Part shown: in pieces, positions 55,569 to 63,434 of the stretch | How positions within the stretch are numbered: position 1 is the first letter of the stretch | Layout of the letters: every line of letters begins with the position of its first letter | Assembly: GCA_030646915.1 (NCBI GenBank) | Contig: JAUSKT010000001.1 | Location: 1-63,434 of the forward strand | Direction of reading: 5' to 3' | DNA from: a bacterium | Lineage (GTDB): Bacteria > Patescibacteriota > Minisyncoccia > UBA6257 > 02-FULL-45-10c | DNA: 63,434 nt | Notes under the pieces: generated by a model | What the model saw: the letters and a program-made list of their open reading frames with translations, nothing else | Database searches by the model: none | What the model was told of the DNA's origin: nothing | Program-made: the position numbers and the translations under genes

Positions 55569-56660
55569 TTATTCTTGAATTAAATTCCAGGAAAGAGGGG
55601 TGGCAAATTCTATATCTTGAGATGCCTTTTTGCCTATTACTTGATCGTAGTATTTTGTTTCTAACCCAAAAGCCGGGCGCACATCGCGAATATTATCTTT
55701 TGTAAAAATCTCCCCTTTTTTAATATCTTTTCCGACAAAAAGCGATCTACGCCATCTTTTATTATATTCTTCTAATTTATTATTTGGCCCGTAATGAATT
55801 TGGCCTAAGGCAATTTTTGATAAGGTTATTTTTTCCCTACCAGATTCCAATGCCCGGATTTTTTCCACTAATTCTTTCAGTTCTTGCGGTTCAATGGAAA
55901 ATTGGGCATCAGGACCGCCCGTTTTCCGATCTAAAATAAAATGCTTTTCAAGCATACTAGCTCCGGCGGCAACGGCCATTAGTGGAATTTCAATACCGGC
56001 ATTATTATCGGAAAAACCGCTTACTATACCAAAGCGATCCCGCAAATCCTGAATATTTTTTAAATGCATGTCTTTTAATTCCGGCTTGCCAGAATATCCA
56101 GTTACGCAATGAAGCGCAAGAATATCTTTAGCGCCATTATCCTTTAAAGCATCCAAAGCAAAACGCACTTCTTCTTCTGAAGAGTACCCAAATGAAATAA
56201 TAATCGGTTTCCCGGTTTTAGCTACTTTACGCAATAAAACAAAGTCAGTTGCTTCGTAAGCGGCAATTTTATAACAAGGCATATCTAACTCTTCCAAAAA
56301 ATCTACTGCAGTTTCATCAAAAGGCGTGGAGAACAAAATAATTCCCAGCTCATCGGCAAGTTTTTTTAATTTTGGCTGCCAAGTCCATGGCGTATAAGCA
56401 GTTTGATAAAGTTCGTAAAGATTTTTACCCTTCCATAATTCCGGATTATCTTTTCCGCCAACCAGAAACCATTCTTTAGTTGAATTTAAAGTCATAGTAT
56501 CCGGAGTATAAGTCTGGAGCTTAATTGCATCCGCACCTGCTTCTTTCGCCGCCTTCACTAAAGCAACCGCCTCTTCATATTTTTGATGATGATTTCCAGA
56601 AACCTCTGCAACGACAAAACAAGGATTGCCCAAGCCGATATTTTTATCGCCGATTTTCAT
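55569..56660 (-). CDS. pseI: Nonulosonic acid synthase (NeuB family, PseI-like) with SAF domain
   Basis: AEVSGNH, KLQTYTPDT, FSTPFD, EKHF...GGPDAQFS, RRSLF, VRPAFGL. Confidence 0.85.
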   Translation of the reverse strand: MKIGDKNIGLGNPCFVVAEVSGNHHQKYEEAVALVKAAKEAGADAIKLQTYTPDTMTLNSTKEWFLVGGKDNPELWKGKNLYELYQTAYTPWTWQPKLKKLADELGIILFSTPFDETAVDFLEELDMPCYKIAAYEATDFVLLRKVAKTGKPIIISFGYSSEEEVRFALDALKDNGAKDILALHCVTGYSGKPELKDMHLKNIQDLRDRFGIVSGFSDNNAGIEIPLMAVAAGASMLEKHFILDRKTGGPDAQFSIEPQELKELVEKIRALESGREKITLSKIALGQIHYGPNNKLEEYNKRWRRSLFVGKDIKKGEIFTKDNIRDVRPAFGLETKYYDQVIGKKASQDIEFATPLSWNLIQE

Positions 56661-56715
56661 AGTAATGAATATAACTTTAAAAAACAGCCCTGAGTAACAA
56701 AAACTCGCTAATTAC

Positions 56716-57174
56716 TTAGCGAGTCAAAATCAAAAGAATACGAGGATGCTCTACCTCTCCTTGAAGTGCATAGCCAGCCTTGATAAAACTACGGATTGAT
56801 ACCAAATTATCTGGTTTAATAAAGGCATGGATTGAATTTATTTTTGGAAAAAGTTCCAAAAATTTAACCGCTGATTGACGCAAAATTCCCGAACCATACC
56901 CTTTACCTTGAAATTTTTCCGTAACGGCCACATTTACTTCCGCATCGGCATCGCCAATTAAATCAAACCTAACCATGCCTATCGACTGGGATTTAACTTC
57001 GGCAATAAAAATCTGGCTTTGAGAATCGGCCAATTTCTTTTTAAACCATTCTGAATGACCCATTGGATTAATTGATTCCTGGTTAAAAGATACCCTCCGA
57101 ACACTTTCTTCGTTTCGGAGATTAAACAGGAAATCGGAATCCCCAATCATCACTTTTCGCAAAGTAAAATTCAT
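56716..57174 (-). CDS. GNAT N-acetyltransferase (PseH-like)
   Basis: LRNEESVR, HSEWF, QGKGYG, N..SIRSF.KAGY. Confidence 0.85.
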   Translation of the reverse strand: MNFTLRKVMIGDSDFLFNLRNEESVRRVSFNQESINPMGHSEWFKKKLADSQSQIFIAEVKSQSIGMVRFDLIGDADAEVNVAVTEKFQGKGYGSGILRQSAVKFLELFPKINSIHAFIKPDNLVSIRSFIKAGYALQGEVEHPRILLILTR

Positions 57175-57809
57175 TGAAATTTATATAAACCAGATTTTAT
57201 CTCCACGACGCCCTGCGCTTCTTTTTTAACTCTTTCCTGCATGGCCACGCTCCCGAGGGCCACATCAATCAATTCTTTCCATTGAGAAGGATTTGAATCA
57301 ATTAAAACCTGCTCGGCAGAAACCAGACTAAGGTTACCGGCAGTTAATCGTTCTTTTAAAAAATCTAATCCCGGCCCATATTCAATCATGGCTCTGATTC
57401 TATGCAAATGCCAACCATTAGAAAGAATTAAACAATTTTTCAGATGAAAATTCTGAATAATTAAAATCAATTGTTGAAGTTGCTGATAAGTATTATTAGA
57501 ATTTTCTTCCAGTAAAATTTTTTCTTTAGGAACGCCAAGCGCCACCAATTCTTTTTTTATCACGCTAGATACCGATGGAGAGTCGGAAATATTTCTTAAC
57601 TGCCCTCGGCCGCCGGAAGATATTATTAAAAGATTTTTATTTGGGGAAGAAAATTTTTTATATAAATAATAAGTAGCATCCACTCGTAAACGGTCTCCCT
57701 GAACTCCAAAATTATCTCCGGACTCGTCAAAATTAGTGGTTCGCCAGCCGTTTTTATCTTTTTTTAAACCGCCGCCTAAAACTACAATAACATCGATCAT
57801 TTTTTTCAA
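57171..57809 (-). CDS. YdcF / DUF218 family protein
   Basis: IVVLGGG, SSGG, GVP..KI.LEENS.NT, SNGWHLHR. Confidence 0.85.
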   Translation of the reverse strand: MKKMIDVIVVLGGGLKKDKNGWRTTNFDESGDNFGVQGDRLRVDATYYLYKKFSSPNKNLLIISSGGRGQLRNISDSPSVSSVIKKELVALGVPKEKILLEENSNNTYQQLQQLILIIQNFHLKNCLILSNGWHLHRIRAMIEYGPGLDFLKERLTAGNLSLVSAEQVLIDSNPSQWKELIDVALGSVAMQERVKKEAQGVVEIKSGLYKFQ

Positions 57810-57831
57810 TTTAATATTTATAATTATATTG

Positions 57832-58497
57832 CTATAGAACCGTTAGTAATTTGGGTAAGTTTTTCAAATTCTGGAGACAATAATCAGCTTCATATTTTTT
57901 ATTAAGTTTAAGAAATTTAAAATCTCCCCGCAGAATCCGAATAGTCTTGAGGCCAACTCTTCTAGCTCCAATAAAATCCTTATACGGATTATTACCTATA
58001 TATACTGCTTCTTCCGGCTGGACCTGAAAATGCAATAACATCTTTTTAAAAGAAAAGGGGTGGGGTTTTTCTTTACCATAATCATGAGTATACATAATGC
58101 AATCAAAAAAAAATTTAAGTTTTAATGCCCTTACTTTTTTTCGTTGAACCATCCCCTTACCATCGGTAATAATACCAAGACCATATTTTTTTTTAAGGGC
58201 ATGGAGAATAGATCGTACTTCTGAATATAAAACTATATTGGGAATATGTCTTTGATAGCAATTCACGAGCAAAGCGACGCGCCTTTTACTAAAAAGATTA
58301 TATTCTGTGAGTATATTGTCAAAAATTTTTCCCCTGCCATCACTGTTAAACCTATTAATCAGCTTTTTATAAAATTCTTTTTCTGAAACTTTAAAATTAA
58401 TCGCCGCATATCGCGCTACGGCAATAAACCCACTCCTTACAAAGGTAATTTCTGAATATAGGGTGTCATCTAAATCAAAAATAATCGCCTTAATCAT
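57832..58497 (-). CDS. HAD-family hydrolase
   Basis: FDLDDTLY, ITDG, KPHP. Confidence 0.9.
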   Translation of the reverse strand: MIKAIIFDLDDTLYSEITFVRSGFIAVARYAAINFKVSEKEFYKKLINRFNSDGRGKIFDNILTEYNLFSKRRVALLVNCYQRHIPNIVLYSEVRSILHALKKKYGLGIITDGKGMVQRKKVRALKLKFFFDCIMYTHDYGKEKPHPFSFKKMLLHFQVQPEEAVYIGNNPYKDFIGARRVGLKTIRILRGDFKFLKLNKKYEADYCLQNLKNLPKLLTVL

Positions 58498-58500
58498 AAA

Positions 58501-60111
58501 TTAAGCATACTTCGCGGGAATCGCCAGCAAAGCTGGGCCCTTTGAATCAAAAAGGCTCTTCAAAGCCGCTTCTAAATCTTCCTTGCCACGAACCGGCACA
58601 AAGCCAATGCCAAAACTGCTAGCCAAAGACTCAAAATCTGGATTAGTAAAATCGAGATTTTTCACCCGCTTATATTTTTGCAAAAGGTTTGCCTTGATCA
58701 TGCCGAAAGAATTATCTACAAAAATAATTATTTTTACATCTAAATTATACCGCTTAATCGTTTCTAATTCCTGAAGATTCATTAGAAACCCGCCATCGCC
58801 ATTAATAGAAATTATCCGCTGAGATTTCGGCGTAATAAACCGCAAACCAGCGGCAAAAGGAAGAGAAAAACCCATAGAAGATAAGCCGTTAGAAAAATTA
58901 ACGCCAAAAGGCTCTTCAACTTGATACCCTAAGCCGATTACCTGTTTATGCACTCCCACATCAGAAACAATCAAATCTTTTGGTTTAGATAATTTCTGAA
59001 TTGTCTGCATTATTTTAAAAGGATTAAATGGAAAACTTTTAAGGTTTTGGTTGTTTAAGGCCTGCTCTCGACGTGATTTTTTAATTTTAGAAATAAATTC
59101 TAAATTCCAATTAGACCGATATTGATCCGATAATAATTCTTCGGCAAACTTACTGGAAAACTGAGAAACATCACCAACGCATTCCACCGCCGGACTAATA
59201 AGATGATCAACTTTAGAAGCAACCGTATCAAAATAAATTATCTTTTTCTTATCGAAAATTTTTGACGATACTCCCTCAATATAATCATAGCCAAAAACTA
59301 AAAAACAGTCGGCTTTTTCCAGCACCTCAACAAGCTTATCTTTAATATGGCGGCTCGCCGTACCTAAAGCTAATGAATTGAATTCCGGAAAACTACCTTT
59401 ACCAAGAAAAGAAGTCATCACTGGAATACGCGCTTTTTCAAAAGCCCGCACCAACGCTCCATCTCTCCGCTGCATTGCACCACCCCAAAAAGCCACCGGA
59501 TATTTTGATTTCTTTAAAACTTTAATGGCTTTTTGGATATTTTTAATATCCAGCCTAGCTAAAGGGTTGAGATGAGGATGTGAAAATCTGGAGGTTTTTT
59601 TAGAAATTACCGTTTCCATAACATCAACTGGAAGAGTGATGTGAACTGGTCCTGGCCTGCCCCCCATAGCAATATCAACGGCTTTTTGCAAAACCACCGG
59701 AATATCTAAAACATCTCTTAAAACAAAAGATGCTTTAGTTACCGGACTAAAAAGTTTTTGGAGATTAATATATTGGTGAGCTTGCGGATTGGTATCGTGA
59801 TACTTCTTTTCAATTTGACCGCTTAAAACTATAACTGGCGACCGATTTTGATATGCATCTGCCACTCCTGTTACCAAATTAGTCGCCCCGGGACCAAGCG
59901 TGGAAATACATACACCCGGAAGACTCCCGACCTTACCTACAGCTTGCGCCATAAATGCCGCACCCTGCTCATGACGAGTAGTGACAAATTCTATTTTCGA
60001 ATGAGCAAGGGCATCAAAAATTTCTAATTCATCACCGGGTATGCCGAAGATCCTTTTAATTCCAAACTTATGTAATAAATGAAAAAATAAATCTGCTCCG
60101 TGAATATCCAT
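58501..60111 (-). CDS. Thiamine-pyrophosphate enzyme (acetolactate synthase large subunit-like)
   Basis: FGIPG, RHEQGAAFMA, LGPGATN, GDGGFLMN.QEL. Confidence 0.9.
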   Translation of the reverse strand: MDIHGADLFFHLLHKFGIKRIFGIPGDELEIFDALAHSKIEFVTTRHEQGAAFMAQAVGKVGSLPGVCISTLGPGATNLVTGVADAYQNRSPVIVLSGQIEKKYHDTNPQAHQYINLQKLFSPVTKASFVLRDVLDIPVVLQKAVDIAMGGRPGPVHITLPVDVMETVISKKTSRFSHPHLNPLARLDIKNIQKAIKVLKKSKYPVAFWGGAMQRRDGALVRAFEKARIPVMTSFLGKGSFPEFNSLALGTASRHIKDKLVEVLEKADCFLVFGYDYIEGVSSKIFDKKKIIYFDTVASKVDHLISPAVECVGDVSQFSSKFAEELLSDQYRSNWNLEFISKIKKSRREQALNNQNLKSFPFNPFKIMQTIQKLSKPKDLIVSDVGVHKQVIGLGYQVEEPFGVNFSNGLSSMGFSLPFAAGLRFITPKSQRIISINGDGGFLMNLQELETIKRYNLDVKIIIFVDNSFGMIKANLLQKYKRVKNLDFTNPDFESLASSFGIGFVPVRGKEDLEAALKSLFDSKGPALLAIPAKYA

Positions 60112-60121
60112 AAATTTTTTA

Positions 60122-61174
60122 TTATTCAGTATAAAATTCTTTCCAAAAACGTATCATCCGTACCGACTTCGGTTGTAAATCTTTTGGATATGGCAAACCA
60201 AGAGATTTTAAAATAGTAAAAAATAACAAGTCAACTCCGGCTCCTGTATTAGCGGCAACAGTCGCAGAAATACGTGGATTAATTTCGTATACCCGAGGCA
60301 ATCCTTCGTCGGAATATTTCAATTGAACGTTGAAAATAGAATCAAATTTAAATAATCTCGCGATCTCTTTAACATAAGCTTCAACTTCAGGATTTTTCTT
60401 AAATAATGCTTCTTGCGAATGTCCTGGGAGCGGGGCTACCCTCACTCTGGGCAAAATATAAACCGATTCGCCATTTTCCGCCAATCCATCTACGCTATAC
60501 TCCTCGCCAGAAAGATATTCCATAACCACAGTTTCCGGAAAGTGTGATGTCTTCTTAATTTGCTCAACAAGAGAATCGAGCGTAATAAATGGTATGCCCT
60601 TAGCATTTAATAAATCTTTGCTAAAATCTTCTTTTACTAACCAAACACCGCGATTTCCGCCCCCCGCAAATGCCGGTTTAAAAATTACTGTCTTCCTCGG
60701 ATAACCGAGGAGTTTGACAGCGTTAATAAGTTCCTCAATAGAAGATGGGACTTGAAACTTAGGGGTGGGGAAACCTTTATCTTTTAAAAACTGCAACATT
60801 TTTGCTTTATCAAGCGCAGAATGGGTAATTTCATATGAAGAACATAATGAAGCCGCTCCGGCATCATTAATTCTGTCCTTATTTTTGGAAACTACCTCTA
60901 CTTCAAAATCAGAGTTGGGAACTACTACATCTATTTTTCGATTCCTTACTATATCAATCAAAGCATTAATAAAATTAGGGTCGGTTGCCGTAGGCACTTT
61001 AATTTGCTCATCTAATAATGGCAATTTATATTGATTTTCAGATGCATCCATGCCAACAATATAAAAATTATATTGGGTATTGGATTTAAGATTTTCTAAT
61101 CTCCCTAAATTAATGGAGCCTCTGGACGCACCTAATAAAACTCGAATTTGTTTTTTATTATTATCTGTTAACAT
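60122..61174 (-). CDS. ATP-grasp domain protein
   Basis: ALDKAK, FKP...GGNRG, EYLSGEEYSVD, EINPR. Confidence 0.88.
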   Translation of the reverse strand: MLTDNNKKQIRVLLGASRGSINLGRLENLKSNTQYNFYIVGMDASENQYKLPLLDEQIKVPTATDPNFINALIDIVRNRKIDVVVPNSDFEVEVVSKNKDRINDAGAASLCSSYEITHSALDKAKMLQFLKDKGFPTPKFQVPSSIEELINAVKLLGYPRKTVIFKPAFAGGGNRGVWLVKEDFSKDLLNAKGIPFITLDSLVEQIKKTSHFPETVVMEYLSGEEYSVDGLAENGESVYILPRVRVAPLPGHSQEALFKKNPEVEAYVKEIARLFKFDSIFNVQLKYSDEGLPRVYEINPRISATVAANTGAGVDLLFFTILKSLGLPYPKDLQPKSVRMIRFWKEFYTE

Positions 61175-61204
61175 ACGCGTTTATTTTATAAATTATATAA
61201 CTAC

Positions 61205-62419
61205 CTACAAGGGAATTTGGATACTCTCCTTTTTGGGCGTAACTGGATTTTTAAGCCCCGAACCGTAATCGGCATAACGCTTCAATAAATTATAATCCTT
61301 ATCCCGTAAGAATTTTCCCTGCGCATCGGTCAAAAAAAGCGCTTTATTGGTGAAAGAATCGGTAATTTTATCAAATTCTTGCTGGGTCATTCCAAAATAT
61401 CCCAAACATTTCTTCACCGCTTTCCAGGGATACTTGCCGTCATATTTTTTGACTAATTTCACCGCATCTTCTCTTGCCAATCTGCCGTTCCGAATATCCG
61501 TGCAAGCGTGATCCGTCGCTCTGCCAAATCCGAATTTTACAAACTTCAGATAAGAATGGATGACTTCCAAATCTTCATCAAGTTTTTCATAATTGATATA
61601 GGTGCCTTCTACCGGCCCGTCTTCTTTTACTGAAAAACCGTATTTTTTCATCAAATCTACCTGGGGACGCGCATCCCACTTGAAATAATAACCGAGAAAA
61701 ACTCCTTTCACGCCAACATTTTTTAATTCTTCATCTGATGGATAAAAATAAGAAACCAAATCTTCTTTAGTAATGCCGTCATAACCTATCATATCCTCAA
61801 TGCGAAGACCTAAAAGCCCGCCAAATTCTTCTAACCAGCGGCGATCAAGCACATTTTTCATTCTGGAAACTTTCGGACCACCGTATTCCAATTGAGAATT
61901 CTCTCCCCAAATAATTAAAGGAATTTTCATTTGAACAGCAAGGCGGACTGGGACCGTAAAAATACCCAAGTGATTAGGCCATTCATTATCGCCGACATCA
62001 CGAAAACCGCGGAGACACATTTTTTTATAAACCTCCGGATTTTTTTCAAACACGATCATATCACAGCCAAACGCCTTCTTAATATTTTCCCGGTTTTTCA
62101 TACCGACATCATTCTTGGTAGTGACTTCAAAACTCACCAAAAGGGGGTTCATGCCATGAACTTTTTTTATCATATATGCCTGATAATAGCTGTCCTTCCC
62201 GCCGCTTACCGGAATGATACAGTCGTAATTTCCGGGATTTTTGCCTTTATACTTAGCCACTACCTCATTTTCAAATTCCTTCTTTCGGGATTCCCAATTG
62301 ATATTTTTTTTTAATTCTGCCGAGCGGCAAGCATCGCAAACACCTCCTTCGTCAAAAAAAAGGTCGGGTTTTGTATTTGGCATCACGCAATTATTGCAAT
62401 ATCTAAAAGTTATATCCAT
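61205..62419 (-). CDS. N-acetyl sugar amidotransferase (WbuX/PseA family)
   Basis: CNNCVMPNTKP..CDAC, SGGKDS, WGEN...EYGG, KFGFGRATDHAC. Confidence 0.92.
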   Translation of the reverse strand: MDITFRYCNNCVMPNTKPDLFFDEGGVCDACRSAELKKNINWESRKKEFENEVVAKYKGKNPGNYDCIIPVSGGKDSYYQAYMIKKVHGMNPLLVSFEVTTKNDVGMKNRENIKKAFGCDMIVFEKNPEVYKKMCLRGFRDVGDNEWPNHLGIFTVPVRLAVQMKIPLIIWGENSQLEYGGPKVSRMKNVLDRRWLEEFGGLLGLRIEDMIGYDGITKEDLVSYFYPSDEELKNVGVKGVFLGYYFKWDARPQVDLMKKYGFSVKEDGPVEGTYINYEKLDEDLEVIHSYLKFVKFGFGRATDHACTDIRNGRLAREDAVKLVKKYDGKYPWKAVKKCLGYFGMTQQEFDKITDSFTNKALFLTDAQGKFLRDKDYNLLKRYADYGSGLKNPVTPKKESIQIPL

Positions 62420-62424
62420 AATTT

Positions 62425-63174
62425 TTAAACTCTGGTTTCAACGCCGAATTTTGCAAGATATTCTTTAATATTAAGCGGTGTAGTTTGAGTATATTGAAAA
62501 ATACTTCCGGCGGCCACTGCCGATGCTTCTGCTTCTTTTACAACTTTTACAAAATCATCCAAGTTACCAGCGCCACCGCAAGCAATCACTGGAATTTTAA
62601 CCGCTCTAGTAACTGATTTAACTAGATCCAAATCATAACCATTCATCCTGCCATCTTCGTCAATGGAAGTAATTAAAATCTCTCCAGCGCCAAGTTTTTC
62701 AGCTTCTTTTGCCCACTCTTCCGGTTTCCGACCGACCCCAATCATTCCGCCATTTTTAAAAACTTCGTAATGATCATTAACTTTTTTAGCGTCAATTGAA
62801 ATAACTATACATTGGTTGCCAAATTTTTCCGCTGCTTCTGAAATAAATTCTGGTCTTTCTAAAGCGGCAGTGTTAATAGAAACTTTATCTGCTCCTAATT
62901 TCAAAAGGGTTCGGATATCTTGCAAAGTTTTAATTCCGCCGCCAATTGTTAATGGCATAAAGCATTCTTTGGTAAGTTCTTCCAGAAGCCAAGGTTTAAT
63001 GCCAGTCTTAGCAGCATCTAAATCTAAAACAATCATTTCATCTACATCCCGCGCATTAAATACGCGAACTGCCGCAATATAACTTCCAATATTGCGATGC
63101 TCCTTAAATTGAATGCTCTTTACTAATCGCAAATCTTTTATTGTAAGGCAGGGTATTACTCTTGTTTTAAGCAT
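62425..63174 (-). CDS. HisF-like cyclase subunit of the glycan amidation system (WbuZ-like)
   Basis: RVIPCL, LVKS, PLTIGGGI, GADKVSINT, AGEILITSID.DG; adjacent to the WbuX-type gene. Confidence 0.88.
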   Translation of the reverse strand: MLKTRVIPCLTIKDLRLVKSIQFKEHRNIGSYIAAVRVFNARDVDEMIVLDLDAAKTGIKPWLLEELTKECFMPLTIGGGIKTLQDIRTLLKLGADKVSINTAALERPEFISEAAEKFGNQCIVISIDAKKVNDHYEVFKNGGMIGVGRKPEEWAKEAEKLGAGEILITSIDEDGRMNGYDLDLVKSVTRAVKIPVIACGGAGNLDDFVKVVKEAEASAVAAGSIFQYTQTTPLNIKEYLAKFGVETRV

Positions 63175-63195
63175 ACCAGGAAGTAGAAATGCGAC

Positions 63196-63434
63196 TTAAT
63201 TTTTCGACTTATTTTCATAAAAATATTCTTTAAGCATGCGCTTTAATAATCTGGCACCTTGACTAGATTTAAGATATTTTTCTCTTCGTCTAGCGTCTTG
63301 TTCGTTTCTATAAGCTTCATAATGAATAAGTTCCCAAGGCGCATATGGCTTGGTAGAAAAATTTAATTTATGATTATGTTCTTGAAATCTTTTTCTCAAA
63401 TCGGTTGTGAAACCTATATAGAGGTTGTTGTTTT
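63196..63434 (-). CDS. GIY-YIG nuclease (5' end beyond window)
   Basis: Frame extends upstream as NNNLYIGFTTDLRKRFQEHN...STK.YAPWELIHYEAY...ARRREKYLKS. Confidence 0.92.
   Translation of the reverse strand, partial: NNNLYIGFTTDLRKRFQEHNHKLNFSTKPYAPWELIHYEAYRNEQDARRREKYLKSSQGARLLKRMLKEYFYENKSKN

Overview
This AT-rich window reads as a Patescibacteria (CPR, Parcubacteria-like) chromosome segment in genetic code 11; the taxonomy is inferred from the 16S features and gene content. From left to right it holds a type IV pilus locus (FN3-bearing prepilin, pilC, pilB, pilin, receiver protein) interrupted by a four-helix-bundle gene and 7/8-mer repeat hairpins. Next come a promoter- and terminator-bounded candidate ncRNA with a ribbon-helix-helix gene, and a stand-alone 16S rRNA gene that lacks the anti-Shine-Dalgarno tail and carries a group II-like intron encoding a LAGLIDADG endonuclease. 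These are followed by an array of self-contained small paralog-like genes, rpmE, an N-terminally shortened RF1, rplY and an apparently inserted SBP/HAMP/PAS-kinase cassette. The middle carries glycolysis/pentose-phosphate genes (fba, PfkB kinase, split transketolase, rpe, rpiB, gap), a RelE-type TA pair, accessory genes and a large lipase-motif/lamin-tail surface protein. A PaaX/Cas2-like gene bracketed by two covarying perfect palindromes precedes msrB/trxB/glutaredoxin and a surface-glycan region (Wzx, O-antigen ligase-TPR, NeuB/PseI, WbuX/HisF-like) that ends in a GIY-YIG gene. The most striking unexplained signal is a set of palindromic or repeat elements, several with 4-bp target duplications or in-frame coding insertions. 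Three of these families each sit next to a different small gene (four-helix bundle, PaaX/Cas2-like, GIY-YIG), and a separate ~165-nt element with covarying stems occurs twice. All calls come from reading the sequence by eye; no database searches or folding programs were run.
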